From the NCBI GenBank assembly GCA_965249135.1, contig OZ252220.1:1536001-1600000 (forward strand): a stretch of DNA of 64,000 nucleotides, given 5' to 3'. The position numbers were made by a program, and so were the translations under genes. Below are positions 30,639 to 39,639 of the stretch, piece after piece. The notes below the pieces were generated by a model. That model did no database searches. It worked only from the letters and a program-made list of their open reading frames with translations, and was not told the DNA's origin. Within the stretch, counting starts at the first letter, position 1. Each line of letters begins with the position of its first letter. Source of the DNA: Alphaproteobacteria bacterium. Lineage in GTDB: Bacteria; Pseudomonadota; Alphaproteobacteria; GCA-2746255.

Positions 30639-32050
30639 TCTTTCTTTCCTTCGCGTTCCCGCCAGGCCGCCTGAAAGGTCGTCCCTTCCGGTGCCGGGAA
30701 GCGCCTCCCCCAGCCGCCGGCCTTGGGCCACACACCGATCCAGCCCCGCCTTCGGCCGATCCGCAAAAGGCGGACGAGAAGGGAGCTCAAACGATGGTAA
30801 AGGGCGGGGCGCTTGGCTACGAATGCCCAAAGCACAAGGGAAAGGCGCGCCGGAGAAGGTGTTTTTCGCGCGCCAAACTGGCGCTCGCGAAGACGGCGCA
30901 GCAGGCTCACCAGCGGGATCCGCATCGGGCAGACCTCCTCGCAACGTCCGCAAAAGGTGGACGCGTTGGGAAGGGGCGCCGCCTGGTCCAAGCCTTCGAG
31001 CAGTGGTGTCAGCACGGCCCCCATCGGGCCCGTATAGACCGAACCGTAGGCGTGGCCCCCCGTCACCCCGTAGACGGGGCAGTGATTGAGACAGGCGCCG
31101 CAACGAATGCAGCGGAGCATTTCTTCGAATTCGCTCTTCAAAAGGGTGCTGCGCCCGTTGTCGAGCAGCAGCACGTGGAAGGCCTCCGGCCCGTCCACCT
31201 CTCCTGGCTTTCTCGGGCCCGAAACGAAACTCGTATAGGCCGCCGCCTCCTGTCCGGTCGCAGCCCGGCTTAAGAGTCGCAAGATAACGCACGCATCGCG
31301 AAGGGTGGGAACCACCTTCTCGATGCTGGCGATAACGATATGAACACGGGGAAGGGCGCGCGAGAGATCGATGTTCCCTTCGTTCGAAAGCAGAACGACG
31401 CTTCCCGTCTCGGCAATCAGCAAATTCGCGCCGGTGATGCCGACGTCCGCCGAAAGAAAACGCTCTCGCATGATTTGTCTTGCTTCGTCGACGAGCTCGC
31501 GCGGCGACAGCAGCGAACGGTCGGACGGAAAATCCTCATGGCTTTGCCGGAACGTATCGGCGATTTGACTGCGCTTTAAATGAATGGCGGGTGCGATGAT
31601 GTGACTCGGCGGTTCATGGCGAAGCTGAATGATGTATTCGCCAAGGTCCGTCTCAATGGGCTCGATGCCGTGCTTGCTGAGAAAATCATTGATCGCGATC
31701 TCCTCAGCGATCATGGACTTTCCCTTGACCACCGTCTTCGCGTGCGCCTCCTTGCAGATCGAAAGGATTGTCTCGCGTGCCTCATCGCTCGTCCGGCACC
31801 AATGGACGTTTCCTCCCTTTGCCTCGACTTCGTGCTCGAAACGCTCGAGATAGAAATCGAGAAGGCGCAGCGTGTGATCCTTAATAGTGACGGCGTAGCC
31901 TTGCAAATCCTCGAATTCGGGCAGGCGCGCGACCGCGCGGGCGCGCTTTTCCTGAAAGCCGCGTTTCAGATTGCCAAGCGCTTCCTGAAGCTCGGCATCT
32001 TGAAGTGCGCGGGCGGCGGATGCGCGAAAGGCGTTCGAGGTGATCTCCAT
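30635..32050 (-). CDS. lutB: LutB/LldF Fe-S lactate oxidation protein
   Basis: KGKSM, ETDLGEYIIQL, PSHIIAPAIH, CIRCGACLNHCPVY, CGRCEEVCP. Confidence 0.93.
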   Translation of the reverse strand: MEITSNAFRASAARALQDAELQEALGNLKRGFQEKRARAVARLPEFEDLQGYAVTIKDHTLRLLDFYLERFEHEVEAKGGNVHWCRTSDEARETILSICKEAHAKTVVKGKSMIAEEIAINDFLSKHGIEPIETDLGEYIIQLRHEPPSHIIAPAIHLKRSQIADTFRQSHEDFPSDRSLLSPRELVDEARQIMRERFLSADVGITGANLLIAETGSVVLLSNEGNIDLSRALPRVHIVIASIEKVVPTLRDACVILRLLSRAATGQEAAAYTSFVSGPRKPGEVDGPEAFHVLLLDNGRSTLLKSEFEEMLRCIRCGACLNHCPVYGVTGGHAYGSVYTGPMGAVLTPLLEGLDQAAPLPNASTFCGRCEEVCPMRIPLVSLLRRLRERQFGARKTPSPARLSLVLWAFVAKRPALYHRLSSLLVRLLRIGRRRGWIGVWPKAGGWGRRFPAPEGTTFQAAWREREGKKE

Positions 32051-32053
32051 GGA

Positions 32054-32851
32054 TTAGTCCTCGGCCGGCTCGCCGGTGACCGGTTCGCCGATGGCCGGTC
32101 CGTCATCGAGGCCGGCGAGGATTTCCGCCACATGGCGGACGCGCAAACGCGATCCGGACTCGCGAAGGGCGCCGGCCAGATGCAAAAGGCAGCCCAGATC
32201 GCCGCCCACAAGCTCATCGGCGCCTGCCGCCTCGGCGGCCAGGCATTTGTCGGCGGCCAGGCGCTCGGAAATTTCCGGAAACTTCACACAGAAGGCCCCG
32301 CCGAAGCCGCAGCAGACGTCGCGCTCGGCAAGCTCTTGAGGGGTGATCCCGGAAAGTTGGCGAAGCAGTTCACGCGGGGCGGCGCGAATGCCAAGCTCGC
32401 GAAGGCCGGCGCAGGAATCGTGATAGACGACGCTACGCGTGCGCGCTTTCCCGGTTGCGCTCGAAAGTCGATCAAGACCGACGATCTCGCTTAAGAAAAC
32501 CGTCAATTCATAGACCTTCTCGCCGAACGCCTTTGCACGATCGGCCAGTTCTGGCGGATCCGCCAGAAGTTCCGGCACGTGGCCACGAAGAATGGCGGCG
32601 CAGGAGCCGGAAGGGGCGACGACGTAATCCACGTCCTCGAAGGCTTCAAGCGTTTGACGGGCAAGGGCGGCGGCATTTGCCCGATCGCCTGCATTGTAGG
32701 CGGGCTGCCCGCAACAGGTCTGGCGTCTGGGCACGACGGCCTCGCAGCCGGCGTCCTCGAGGAGACGGGCGGCGGCAAAGCCCACTTGCGGGCGGACGAG
32801 ATCGACGAGGCAGGTGACGAAGAGGCCTACGCGAACCCTTGGCGATGGCAT
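32054..32851 (-). CDS. lutA: LutA/LldE CCG-domain Fe-S protein
   Basis: FVTCLVD, QTCCGQP, SGSC, YHDSC, CCGFGG. Confidence 0.92.
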   Translation of the reverse strand: MPSPRVRVGLFVTCLVDLVRPQVGFAAARLLEDAGCEAVVPRRQTCCGQPAYNAGDRANAAALARQTLEAFEDVDYVVAPSGSCAAILRGHVPELLADPPELADRAKAFGEKVYELTVFLSEIVGLDRLSSATGKARTRSVVYHDSCAGLRELGIRAAPRELLRQLSGITPQELAERDVCCGFGGAFCVKFPEISERLAADKCLAAEAAGADELVGGDLGCLLHLAGALRESGSRLRVRHVAEILAGLDDGPAIGEPVTGEPAED

Positions 32852-32911
32852 CGAGGGGCCCCTTGAAATTGGATGAAATGGCGGCCGTCAAGAAGGCGTT
32901 CTGCGCCGTTC

Positions 32912-32940
32912 AGCATGGGGGGAAGCGGGGGCAAAGGCAA
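32912..32940 (-). promoter_or_regulatory. Putative sigma70 promoter of lutABC-smr-XRE
   Basis: TTGCCT-N17-CATGCT on the minus strand. Confidence 0.45.
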
Positions 32941-32972
32941 GGCTGGCTGAGGGAAGCCCGCGCCGCGTGCGA

Positions 32973-34085
32973 TCAATCTTTCGGAAGCAGGAGGTAGTAG
33001 CTGCCTCTGACCTTCATCGAACCTGCGTTCCGTTCGGCTTCTTCGCCAACCCCCCAGAACAAATCCCCACGCACGGCGCCCTTGATCGCGCCGCCGGTGT
33101 CCTGGGCGACGACGAGACGGCGAAGCGGCTTTGACGCATCGAGCGGGGCGACCGTATCCAGCCAGACCGGCGCGCCCAAGGGAAGAAAGGCGCGGTCGAT
33201 GGCAAGGCTTCGTCCGGCCGTCAAGGGCACGCCGAGCGTTCCGATCGGGTCTTCCTCTTTCCGTTCCTGGAAGAAAACGAAGGAGGGGTTTCCTTCGAAG
33301 ATTTCTTGCATCTTCTTCGGATGGGCCGTGAGCCACTTGCGAAGGGCCGGCATCGAGGCTTCGTCTTTCGAAATTTCGCCGCGCGCGATCAACGCAGCCC
33401 CGATCGAGCGGTAGTCGTGGCCGTTCTTACCGGCGTAGTTGAGGTGAAGGATCGAGCCATCCTTCATCTCGACCCGGCCCGAGCCCTGGATATGGAGGAA
33501 GAATAGGTCCACCGGGTCGTCGACCCAAAGAAACTCCAGGCCCTTGCCTGCCAAGGCCCCGGCCTCGATCTCGGCGCGCGTCGCGTAAGGTTTGAGTTCG
33601 CCCCCCTCGGCGCGCCCGGCGATCACCCGTCCGCGCAACGAAGCGCGAAAGCGGCCCAGATCCACCATGACGAGATCGGCGGGCCGACCATAGACCGGGA
33701 TCCGGTAGCGTGCGTCCTTTTCCCGGGCGCCGCGAAGGGAGGCTTCGTAATAACCGGTGAAGAGGCCCGCACCCTTTCCACGGCCCAGAACGCGATGGGG
33801 CGTGAAGTGATCTTCGAAGAAACGCCGCGCGTGCGCCTCGTCAGCCAATGCCACGTGACCTGCTTTTTCGCAGACCTCCGCCCATTTTTTCGCGGTCTCG
33901 GCGCGCGCGACAAGACGGGGGCAGCCTTTGCGAAAGGCGTCTAAGCCTTCCTCAACGTGATCCTCCGCCCAACCGGGCAGGGATTTGAAGCCGACCGGTA
34001 TGAGCTGGAAGGGTGCCGGCGGTTCGGCCTCGCAGGCGATGAGCAGGAAAAGAACGAGGAAGAGAAGCGAGCGGGACGCGCGCAT
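32973..34085 (-). CDS. mltA: Membrane-bound lytic transglycosylase A
   Basis: Lipobox LIAC; TGYYE, IQGSG, QDTGGAIKG..RGDLFWG. Confidence 0.94.
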   Translation of the reverse strand: MRASRSLLFLVLFLLIACEAEPPAPFQLIPVGFKSLPGWAEDHVEEGLDAFRKGCPRLVARAETAKKWAEVCEKAGHVALADEAHARRFFEDHFTPHRVLGRGKGAGLFTGYYEASLRGAREKDARYRIPVYGRPADLVMVDLGRFRASLRGRVIAGRAEGGELKPYATRAEIEAGALAGKGLEFLWVDDPVDLFFLHIQGSGRVEMKDGSILHLNYAGKNGHDYRSIGAALIARGEISKDEASMPALRKWLTAHPKKMQEIFEGNPSFVFFQERKEEDPIGTLGVPLTAGRSLAIDRAFLPLGAPVWLDTVAPLDASKPLRRLVVAQDTGGAIKGAVRGDLFWGVGEEAERNAGSMKVRGSYYLLLPKD

Positions 34086-34089
34086 ACCC

Positions 34090-34788
34090 TCATGCCGGTC
34101 CGTGGGTGGCAACCAGCATCCAGTTGGGATTCCGCGAACGAAGATCGCGCTCGAACGTCCAGGTATCGGTCACCGAGCGCACGGTGTTCGGATCGCCTTC
34201 GACGATGGCGCCGTCTTTCTCCCGCGTGAACTTGATCTGCTCGGAAAGAAAGCGCACGGCGATCCGCCCAACGCCACCTTGGTAGACGACATCCGTCACT
34301 TCAGCATCCGAAATTCCGGTGATCGTCACTTCAAGTGTTTCGTGCTTGGCCTTGCGCGCATCGATGGCGGCGGCAAAGCGCGAGAAGACTTCCTTGCTGA
34401 GAAGGGAGCGGAGCGCGTCCTTGTCGCCTTTCGCAAAGGCGCCGACCACCATCTCGAAGGCGACGCGGGCGCCGACCAGAAACTCTTCGGCGCTGAAATT
34501 GCGATCCTTCTTTTGCATGGCATCAAAAGCCTGGGCGAGGGGGGATTGAGACGAGGCCGCGGTGCGGGCCGGCGCTTCGCTTTCGGCGTTCCGGTCCGGC
34601 AGGCGAATCACCTTGTCTTCCCTTGGCTCGCGCTTCGCATGGGTAGGCTCTTCCTCCCTTCCGCGCAGCGTCCAGGAAGAAGACGGCGGGCGGCGGTCCA
34701 GCCCGCTGCGGCGGCCAAGCACGCTCCACAGCCGGAAAACCAGGAAAGCCGCGATGGCGGCAAAAAAGAGAATGTCGATGAACTGCAA
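34090..34788 (-). CDS. Tim44/TimA-family protein
   Basis: N-terminal TM (FLVFRLWSVLGRR), AFEMVVGAFAKGD, DTWTFER..PNWML. Confidence 0.9.
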   Translation of the reverse strand: MQFIDILFFAAIAAFLVFRLWSVLGRRSGLDRRPPSSSWTLRGREEEPTHAKREPREDKVIRLPDRNAESEAPARTAASSQSPLAQAFDAMQKKDRNFSAEEFLVGARVAFEMVVGAFAKGDKDALRSLLSKEVFSRFAAAIDARKAKHETLEVTITGISDAEVTDVVYQGGVGRIAVRFLSEQIKFTREKDGAIVEGDPNTVRSVTDTWTFERDLRSRNPNWMLVATHGPA

Positions 34789-34910
34789 GGCTCAAGCCTC
34801 TCCCGAACCTGCAAGGCGGGGTCTTCCCGATACGCCTCAAAGAAGGTTCGCCGGGCGCACTCAATCGGGCGGCCCTTCCGACGGTATATGTATATATAGG
34901 CGCTTCCTTA

Positions 34911-34947
34911 CCAGCTTGTATATTCTTGTGAAAACTTTGCAAGCTGG
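34911..34947. repeat. Inverted repeat CCAGCTTGTA-N17-TGCAAGCTGG upstream of fxsA
   Basis: 10-nt arms with one G:T mismatch. Confidence 0.7.
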
Positions 34948-34958
34948 CATCGAAGCAG

Positions 34959-35444
34959 ATGATTCCATTCCTTTTTTTCTTGTTCCTCGTCACCCCGCTC
35001 GTCGAGATCGCCGTCTTCATCGAGGTCGGCGGCGCCCTTGGCCTCTGGCCGACGCTAGCGATCGTCATCCTGACCGCGATGCTGGGCACGGCGCTCTTCC
35101 GGATCCAGGGCCTCAGCGTGCTTCGCCAGGCCCAGGCCAGCCTCGGGGCGAATCATTTTCCGGCCCATGCGGTGTTCGACGGCCTTTGCCTGCTGGTGGC
35201 GGGCGCGCTCTTGATCACGCCTGGATTCGTCACGGATGGCCTTGGATTCCTGCTATTCCTGCCCCCTTTCCGCGCCTTCCTCCGTGGCCTCATTGCAAGG
35301 CGTCTTTTGCACTTGGGCCGAATTCAGGCCGGGCCCGGGGAGCCGGACGCGGGCGGCGGGACCATCGAGGGCGTCTACCGGGGGGTCCGAGAAGAAGAGA
35401 CGGCAAAGCCTCGGGAGGGGCCCGATCCCAAGGAGGGCGGATGA
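34959..35444 (+). CDS. fxsA: FxsA-family membrane protein
   Basis: PLVEIAVFIEVG, LLITPGFVTD. Confidence 0.9.
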   Translation: MIPFLFFLFLVTPLVEIAVFIEVGGALGLWPTLAIVILTAMLGTALFRIQGLSVLRQAQASLGANHFPAHAVFDGLCLLVAGALLITPGFVTDGLGFLLFLPPFRAFLRGLIARRLLHLGRIQAGPGEPDAGGGTIEGVYRGVREEETAKPREGPDPKEGG

Positions 35445-35515
35445 GGGTCAACCCGGTTGTCCATGGTGACGATCCGTGTTAGCCACTTGCCTGCCTGGCC
35501 CAAGGGAGTGCGACC

Positions 35516-36022
35516 ATGCGTGACAACGGATCCAAGAATCCAACCGAAGCGCCCGCGTCTGGCGGAGCCACCGCCCAGCAAGGGACACCGCTCACGATTC
35601 GCGGCCAGTACATCCGGGACCTTTCCTTCGAGATTCCCAGGGCGCCGGAGAGCATTTCGAGCCTCACCCAGGCCCCGAACGTGGACATCAACATCGAGGT
35701 CGCCACCCGGGATCTGCAGGAGGATACCTATGAAGTCACGCTCGGCGTACGTTGCGAGGCGAAGACGGAAGCGGAATCGATTTTTATTCTCGAGCTCACC
35801 TATGCCGGCGTATTTACGCTCACGAACCTGGCGGAAGAGCATCTGAAGCCGGCCCTTTACATCGAGTGTCCGCGCTATCTCTTTCCTTTCGTACGCAGCA
35901 TCGTTGCAGGCCTTACCCAGGAAAGCAGCCTGCCGCCGATGTTGATCAACCCGGTTGACTTCGCGGCCCTTTACCGTGCGCGCTATCAGGGTGAGCAGCA
36001 GGGGGCGGGCGCCGCCTCTTAA
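35516..36022 (+). CDS. secB: Protein-export chaperone SecB
   Basis: QYIRDLSFE, ECPRYLFPF, PVDFAALY. Confidence 0.96.
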   Translation: MRDNGSKNPTEAPASGGATAQQGTPLTIRGQYIRDLSFEIPRAPESISSLTQAPNVDINIEVATRDLQEDTYEVTLGVRCEAKTEAESIFILELTYAGVFTLTNLAEEHLKPALYIECPRYLFPFVRSIVAGLTQESSLPPMLINPVDFAALYRARYQGEQQGAGAAS

Positions 36023-36035
36023 ACGATCTTCACCT

Positions 36036-36710
36036 TCACGATTCCCAAATCGGGTCTTTCAGCCGAGTGAGAAGCGTCGCATGGGCAATGCCCTCTTCTT
36101 CCGTCGGCTTATGGGGCCGCGGTTCGCGGGAAGACTTCTCGGGGTCCGTTATCCGGTGTGTGGCCTTTGCCTCGGCAACGGTCAGGCTCAATCCCGGTTC
36201 CCGTCCGCCGACGAGTTCGAGATAGACCTCGGCCAGAAGCGCACTATCAAGCAGCGCACCATGTTTTTCACGCTCGGAATTGTCAACACCGAAACGCTTG
36301 CACAGCGCATCCAGAGAAGCAGGCGCGCCCGGGAATCGCTGGCGCGCGAGCATGAGCGTGTCGATGCAACGCTCTGATTCGAGAGCGGGCAGGCTTAAGC
36401 GCGCCAGCTCGGCGTTCAGAAACGCCAGATCGAATTCCGCGTTGTGGATGACGAGCGGCGCATCGCCGATGAAGGTCAGGAAGTCATCCGCCAGATCGGC
36501 AAAGACCGGATGGCGGCTCAAGAAGTCCTCGGTCAGCCCGTGGATCTGGACGACCTCTTCCGGTATTCCGCGTTCTGGATTCACGTAGCGGTGAAAATGA
36601 TTGCCCGTCGGAATGTGGTTGACGAGTTCTATGCAGCCGATCTCGACGATGCGATGGCCGGCCGAGGGACTTAAGCCCGTTGTTTCCGTATCGAGCGCGA
36701 TCTGACGCAT
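36036..36710 (-). CDS. dnaQ: DNA polymerase III epsilon subunit
   Basis: LDTETTG, HNAEFD, HGALLD (DEDDh). Confidence 0.97.
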   Translation of the reverse strand: MRQIALDTETTGLSPSAGHRIVEIGCIELVNHIPTGNHFHRYVNPERGIPEEVVQIHGLTEDFLSRHPVFADLADDFLTFIGDAPLVIHNAEFDLAFLNAELARLSLPALESERCIDTLMLARQRFPGAPASLDALCKRFGVDNSEREKHGALLDSALLAEVYLELVGGREPGLSLTVAEAKATHRITDPEKSSREPRPHKPTEEEGIAHATLLTRLKDPIWES

Positions 36711-36718
36711 CGTTTTTT

Positions 36719-36746
36719 CCTATTCCGCTGGGCCTATTCCGTTGGG
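36719..36746. repeat. 14-bp tandem duplication CCTATTCCG(C/T)TGGG x2 across the coaE stop
   Basis: cctattccgctggg cctattccgttggg, one mismatch. Confidence 0.8.
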
Positions 36747-37354
36747 CTATCTTTTCGTCTTCGAATCAGTCTGACAATTTCCCGAAGCGCGTTCAACGTA
36801 TGATGATGCCCCATGCCCGTCGGCACGACAAAATCGGCACGTTTCCGTTTCTCGGCATCCGGCGTCTGCTGAGCCAGGATGGCGTGAAGCTTGGTCGCCG
36901 TCATGCCGGCGCGCCGAAGCACGCGCGCCTCCTGAACGAAGGAAGGCGCCGTCACGACGATTGTGAAATCGCAGCGGTGTTCGGCTCCGCTTTCGAAAAG
37001 AAGCGGAATTTCGAGCACGGCGAGGTCTGCGCGCCCGGCGGCGGCACGCATAAGAAAGCGCCGTTCCGCCGCATGCACGAGAGGATGGACGATTTCTTCA
37101 AGCCTATGCAGGCTTTCCGGCTCCTCGAAGACGCGTTCCGCCAGGCCTTCCCGATCAAGGGCGCCTTTCTTCACGAGACCGGGAAAGGCCTTCGAAATTT
37201 TCGGAAGCGCGGCACCGCCGGGGCCTTGTAATTCATGAACGACGGCATCCGCGTCGAAGACGGGAAGGCCGAGATGCCGCAACATCTTGGCTGCGGTCGT
37301 CTTGCCCATGCCGATCGACCCGGTAAGCCCGATGACGACCATGCCGTGATTCAT
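36734..37354 (-). CDS. coaE: Dephospho-CoA kinase
   Basis: GLTGSIGMGKT, DAD, IVHP, EIPLLFE. Confidence 0.95.
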   Translation of the reverse strand: MNHGMVVIGLTGSIGMGKTTAAKMLRHLGLPVFDADAVVHELQGPGGAALPKISKAFPGLVKKGALDREGLAERVFEEPESLHRLEEIVHPLVHAAERRFLMRAAAGRADLAVLEIPLLFESGAEHRCDFTIVVTAPSFVQEARVLRRAGMTATKLHAILAQQTPDAEKRKRADFVVPTGMGHHHTLNALREIVRLIRRRKDSPTE

Positions 37355-38220
37355 CCGCCCAAATCCTTGCCAACGTAAGCGCGGAGTTCCGGGGTAACCT
37401 GTGGGTCGACGTCGCCCTCTTTCGCCCCTTTTCCGAACCACATCCGAAAGCCCGGCCGCGCCTGGTGAAGCAGCATACCAAGGCCATCGACGGTGGGATT
37501 GCCTCGCGCCTTGGCCGCCTTAAGAAGCGGTGTTTCCAGGGGTGTGTAGACGATGTCGGTGACGACGGCTTGTTTAGGTAGCTTCTCAAGATCGAGCTCC
37601 AAGGGCGGCTTTTCATTCATGCCAAGGGTCGTCGCATTGACGAGCAGGCTGGCGCCGGTGAGCGCTTCGGTGCGTGCCTCCCAGGCGTAAATCTCGATGG
37701 AACCGCCAAGCGCCGCGACGAGGGCGGCCGCGTGTTTGTCCGTCCGGTTTACGAGCCGCATTTCGCTCACTCCATGATCGAGAAGGGCGGCTACGATCGC
37801 CCGCGCGGCGCCCCCCGCCCCGATGACGACGGCCGGCCCCAAGCTGGCCTGCCAGCCTGGCGCGCCGTCGTGAAGGTTCTCCAGAAAACCAAAGCCATCC
37901 GTGTTCGTCGCCGCAAGCATGCCGTCGGCTTGTACCGTTACCGTGTTGACCGCACCGATCCGTTCGGAAAACGCATCCGCCTCATCAACGATGGCAAGGG
38001 CAGCCTCCTTATGGGGCGTCGTCAGATTGACGCCGACGAAACCCAAGAGTGGCAGCGTGCGGAGCGCCGCCTCCAGACTCTCCGGGTGCACCGGCAGCGG
38101 AATGTAGGCGCCATCGATTCCGTAATGCTTCAGCCAATAGCCGTGAAGCAACGGCGAGCGGGAATGGGCGACCGGCCAGCCCATCACGCCGGCGAGAAGT
38201 GCCTTTCCGGTGACGCTCAT
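37351..38220 (-). CDS. aroE: Shikimate dehydrogenase
   Basis: HSRSP, TPHKE, GAVNT, NTD, GAGGAARA, GLGMLLHQA. Confidence 0.96.
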   Translation of the reverse strand: MSVTGKALLAGVMGWPVAHSRSPLLHGYWLKHYGIDGAYIPLPVHPESLEAALRTLPLLGFVGVNLTTPHKEAALAIVDEADAFSERIGAVNTVTVQADGMLAATNTDGFGFLENLHDGAPGWQASLGPAVVIGAGGAARAIVAALLDHGVSEMRLVNRTDKHAAALVAALGGSIEIYAWEARTEALTGASLLVNATTLGMNEKPPLELDLEKLPKQAVVTDIVYTPLETPLLKAAKARGNPTVDGLGMLLHQARPGFRMWFGKGAKEGDVDPQVTPELRAYVGKDLGG

Positions 38221-38819
38221 CGATCCAACACCTCGCAACCCCGCAAAAAATCGAGCAGCGGCAAAAGGGGCAACCCCAGAATCGTGAAATAGTCGCCGTT
38301 GACGCGCGAGAATAACTGCACGCCGCGCCCTTCCAACTGATAGGCGCCGACCGATCGGAGCGCCTCGTCGCCCATGGCCGCAAGGTAGGCGTCCAGAAAA
38401 GCCTCGCTGAAGGGGCGCATTTCGAGCGTCACCCGACCAATATGATGCCACAGCCTCGCTCCTTCCTTTACCACGACCGTGCAGCCGATGAGGTCGTGGG
38501 CGCGACCACGAAGCGAGCCAAGCTGGGCGCGGGCCTGGTCGAGATTTGCCGGTTTATCGAAACGCTTGCCCTCGCATTCGAGCATCTGATCCGCACCGAC
38601 CACAAAGGCGTCCGGAAAGCGGCGGGAGACGTGTTGCGCCTTGAGAAACGCCAAGGCTTCGGTCACCGCCTCGACGGGCTCGGCCCGCATGCCTAGCTTT
38701 ACTTCTGCTTCGTCCACATGGGCCGGCTCGACCTCGAAAACGACGCCGGCCTCGCGAAGCAGGCGGGCGCGAACCTGGCTTGCCGAGGCAAGCACGACGC
38801 GTTTTCCCGGATCAGGCAT
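38217..38819 (-). CDS. maf: Maf-family nucleotide pyrophosphatase
   Basis: LASAS, GADQ, KP, GAYQLEG, ILGLPL. Confidence 0.93.
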   Translation of the reverse strand: MPDPGKRVVLASASQVRARLLREAGVVFEVEPAHVDEAEVKLGMRAEPVEAVTEALAFLKAQHVSRRFPDAFVVGADQMLECEGKRFDKPANLDQARAQLGSLRGRAHDLIGCTVVVKEGARLWHHIGRVTLEMRPFSEAFLDAYLAAMGDEALRSVGAYQLEGRGVQLFSRVNGDYFTILGLPLLPLLDFLRGCEVLDR

Positions 38820-39639
38820 GGCGGGCGGGCTTTCGCCGCTCGGCATAGAGCTGCAGGATCGCCGAGGCCGTCTCCTCGACGGAGCGCCGCGTGACATTGA
38901 TGACGGGCCATTCGCGTTCAGTAAAGAGTCGCCGGGCATCCAGCATTTCGTCCCGCACCTTCTCGAAATCCGCGTAACCATCCGGGGCGCCTGCCTGAGG
39001 CAAGCGTGATTGACGCGCTTCGACCAGACGCGCCGGGTCCATCGTAAGACCCACCACGAGCGGTTGCGTCGCCCTATCGATCGCGTCTATCAGCGGCGAG
39101 CCTGGTACGATCGGTACGTTTGCCGCCCGAATTCCCCGGTTCGCAAGGTAAACGCATGTCGGGGTCTTCGATGTCCGCGACACGCCGACGAGCACAATAT
39201 CCGCATTATCCAAATCCCACACATGCTGCCCATCATCATGGAGAAGTGTGAAGTTCATGGCGTCGATCCGCTGGTAATATTTCTCGTCCAGTGCATGCTG
39301 GCGACCGGGTTGATCTTTGCTCTCCACCCCAAAAAAACCACGAAGCGCGCCCATGACCGGATCCAGCGCCGGGATACATGGAATCTTCAACCGCTCGCAG
39401 CCCTCTTCCAGGGCTTCACGAAGGGCTGCATTCACCAAGGTAAAGAGGACAATGCCCCGATCCGATTCGACTGCATCAAGGACGCGTTGAATCTGTGACT
39501 GCGTACGAATAAGAAACCAAGCACGCTCTTCGATGGTGACGTCTTCGAATTGAACAAGGCAGGCGCGCACGATGCTGTTGATCGTCTCACCTGTTGCATC
39601 CGACACGAGATGAAGGTGGAAGTTTTTTACCGAAGCCAT
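38812..39639 (-). CDS. ppsR: Pyruvate,water/phosphate dikinase regulatory kinase-pyrophosphorylase (DUF299)
   Basis: SDATGET, HDDG, GVSRTSKTP, SVEETA. Confidence 0.92.
   Translation of the reverse strand: MASVKNFHLHLVSDATGETINSIVRACLVQFEDVTIEERAWFLIRTQSQIQRVLDAVESDRGIVLFTLVNAALREALEEGCERLKIPCIPALDPVMGALRGFFGVESKDQPGRQHALDEKYYQRIDAMNFTLLHDDGQHVWDLDNADIVLVGVSRTSKTPTCVYLANRGIRAANVPIVPGSPLIDAIDRATQPLVVGLTMDPARLVEARQSRLPQAGAPDGYADFEKVRDEMLDARRLFTEREWPVINVTRRSVEETASAILQLYAERRKPARHA

Noticed and set aside
29955-31292. 445-aa ORF suggesting a LutC N-terminal fusion; likewise long extensions on qor (45295), xth (63995), aroE (38451) and hisF (24698)
   Set aside because: The extensions overlap upstream genes in another frame; internal ATGs with SD or stop-start coupling give normal-length proteins.
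30312-33982. Plus-strand GGGNAGGG (KOPS) octamers left of oriC (three in lutBC, one in mltA) as evidence of recent insertion
   Set aside because: Hand count only. Wrong-orientation copies also occur in core regions (50186, 56372), so polarity is not established.
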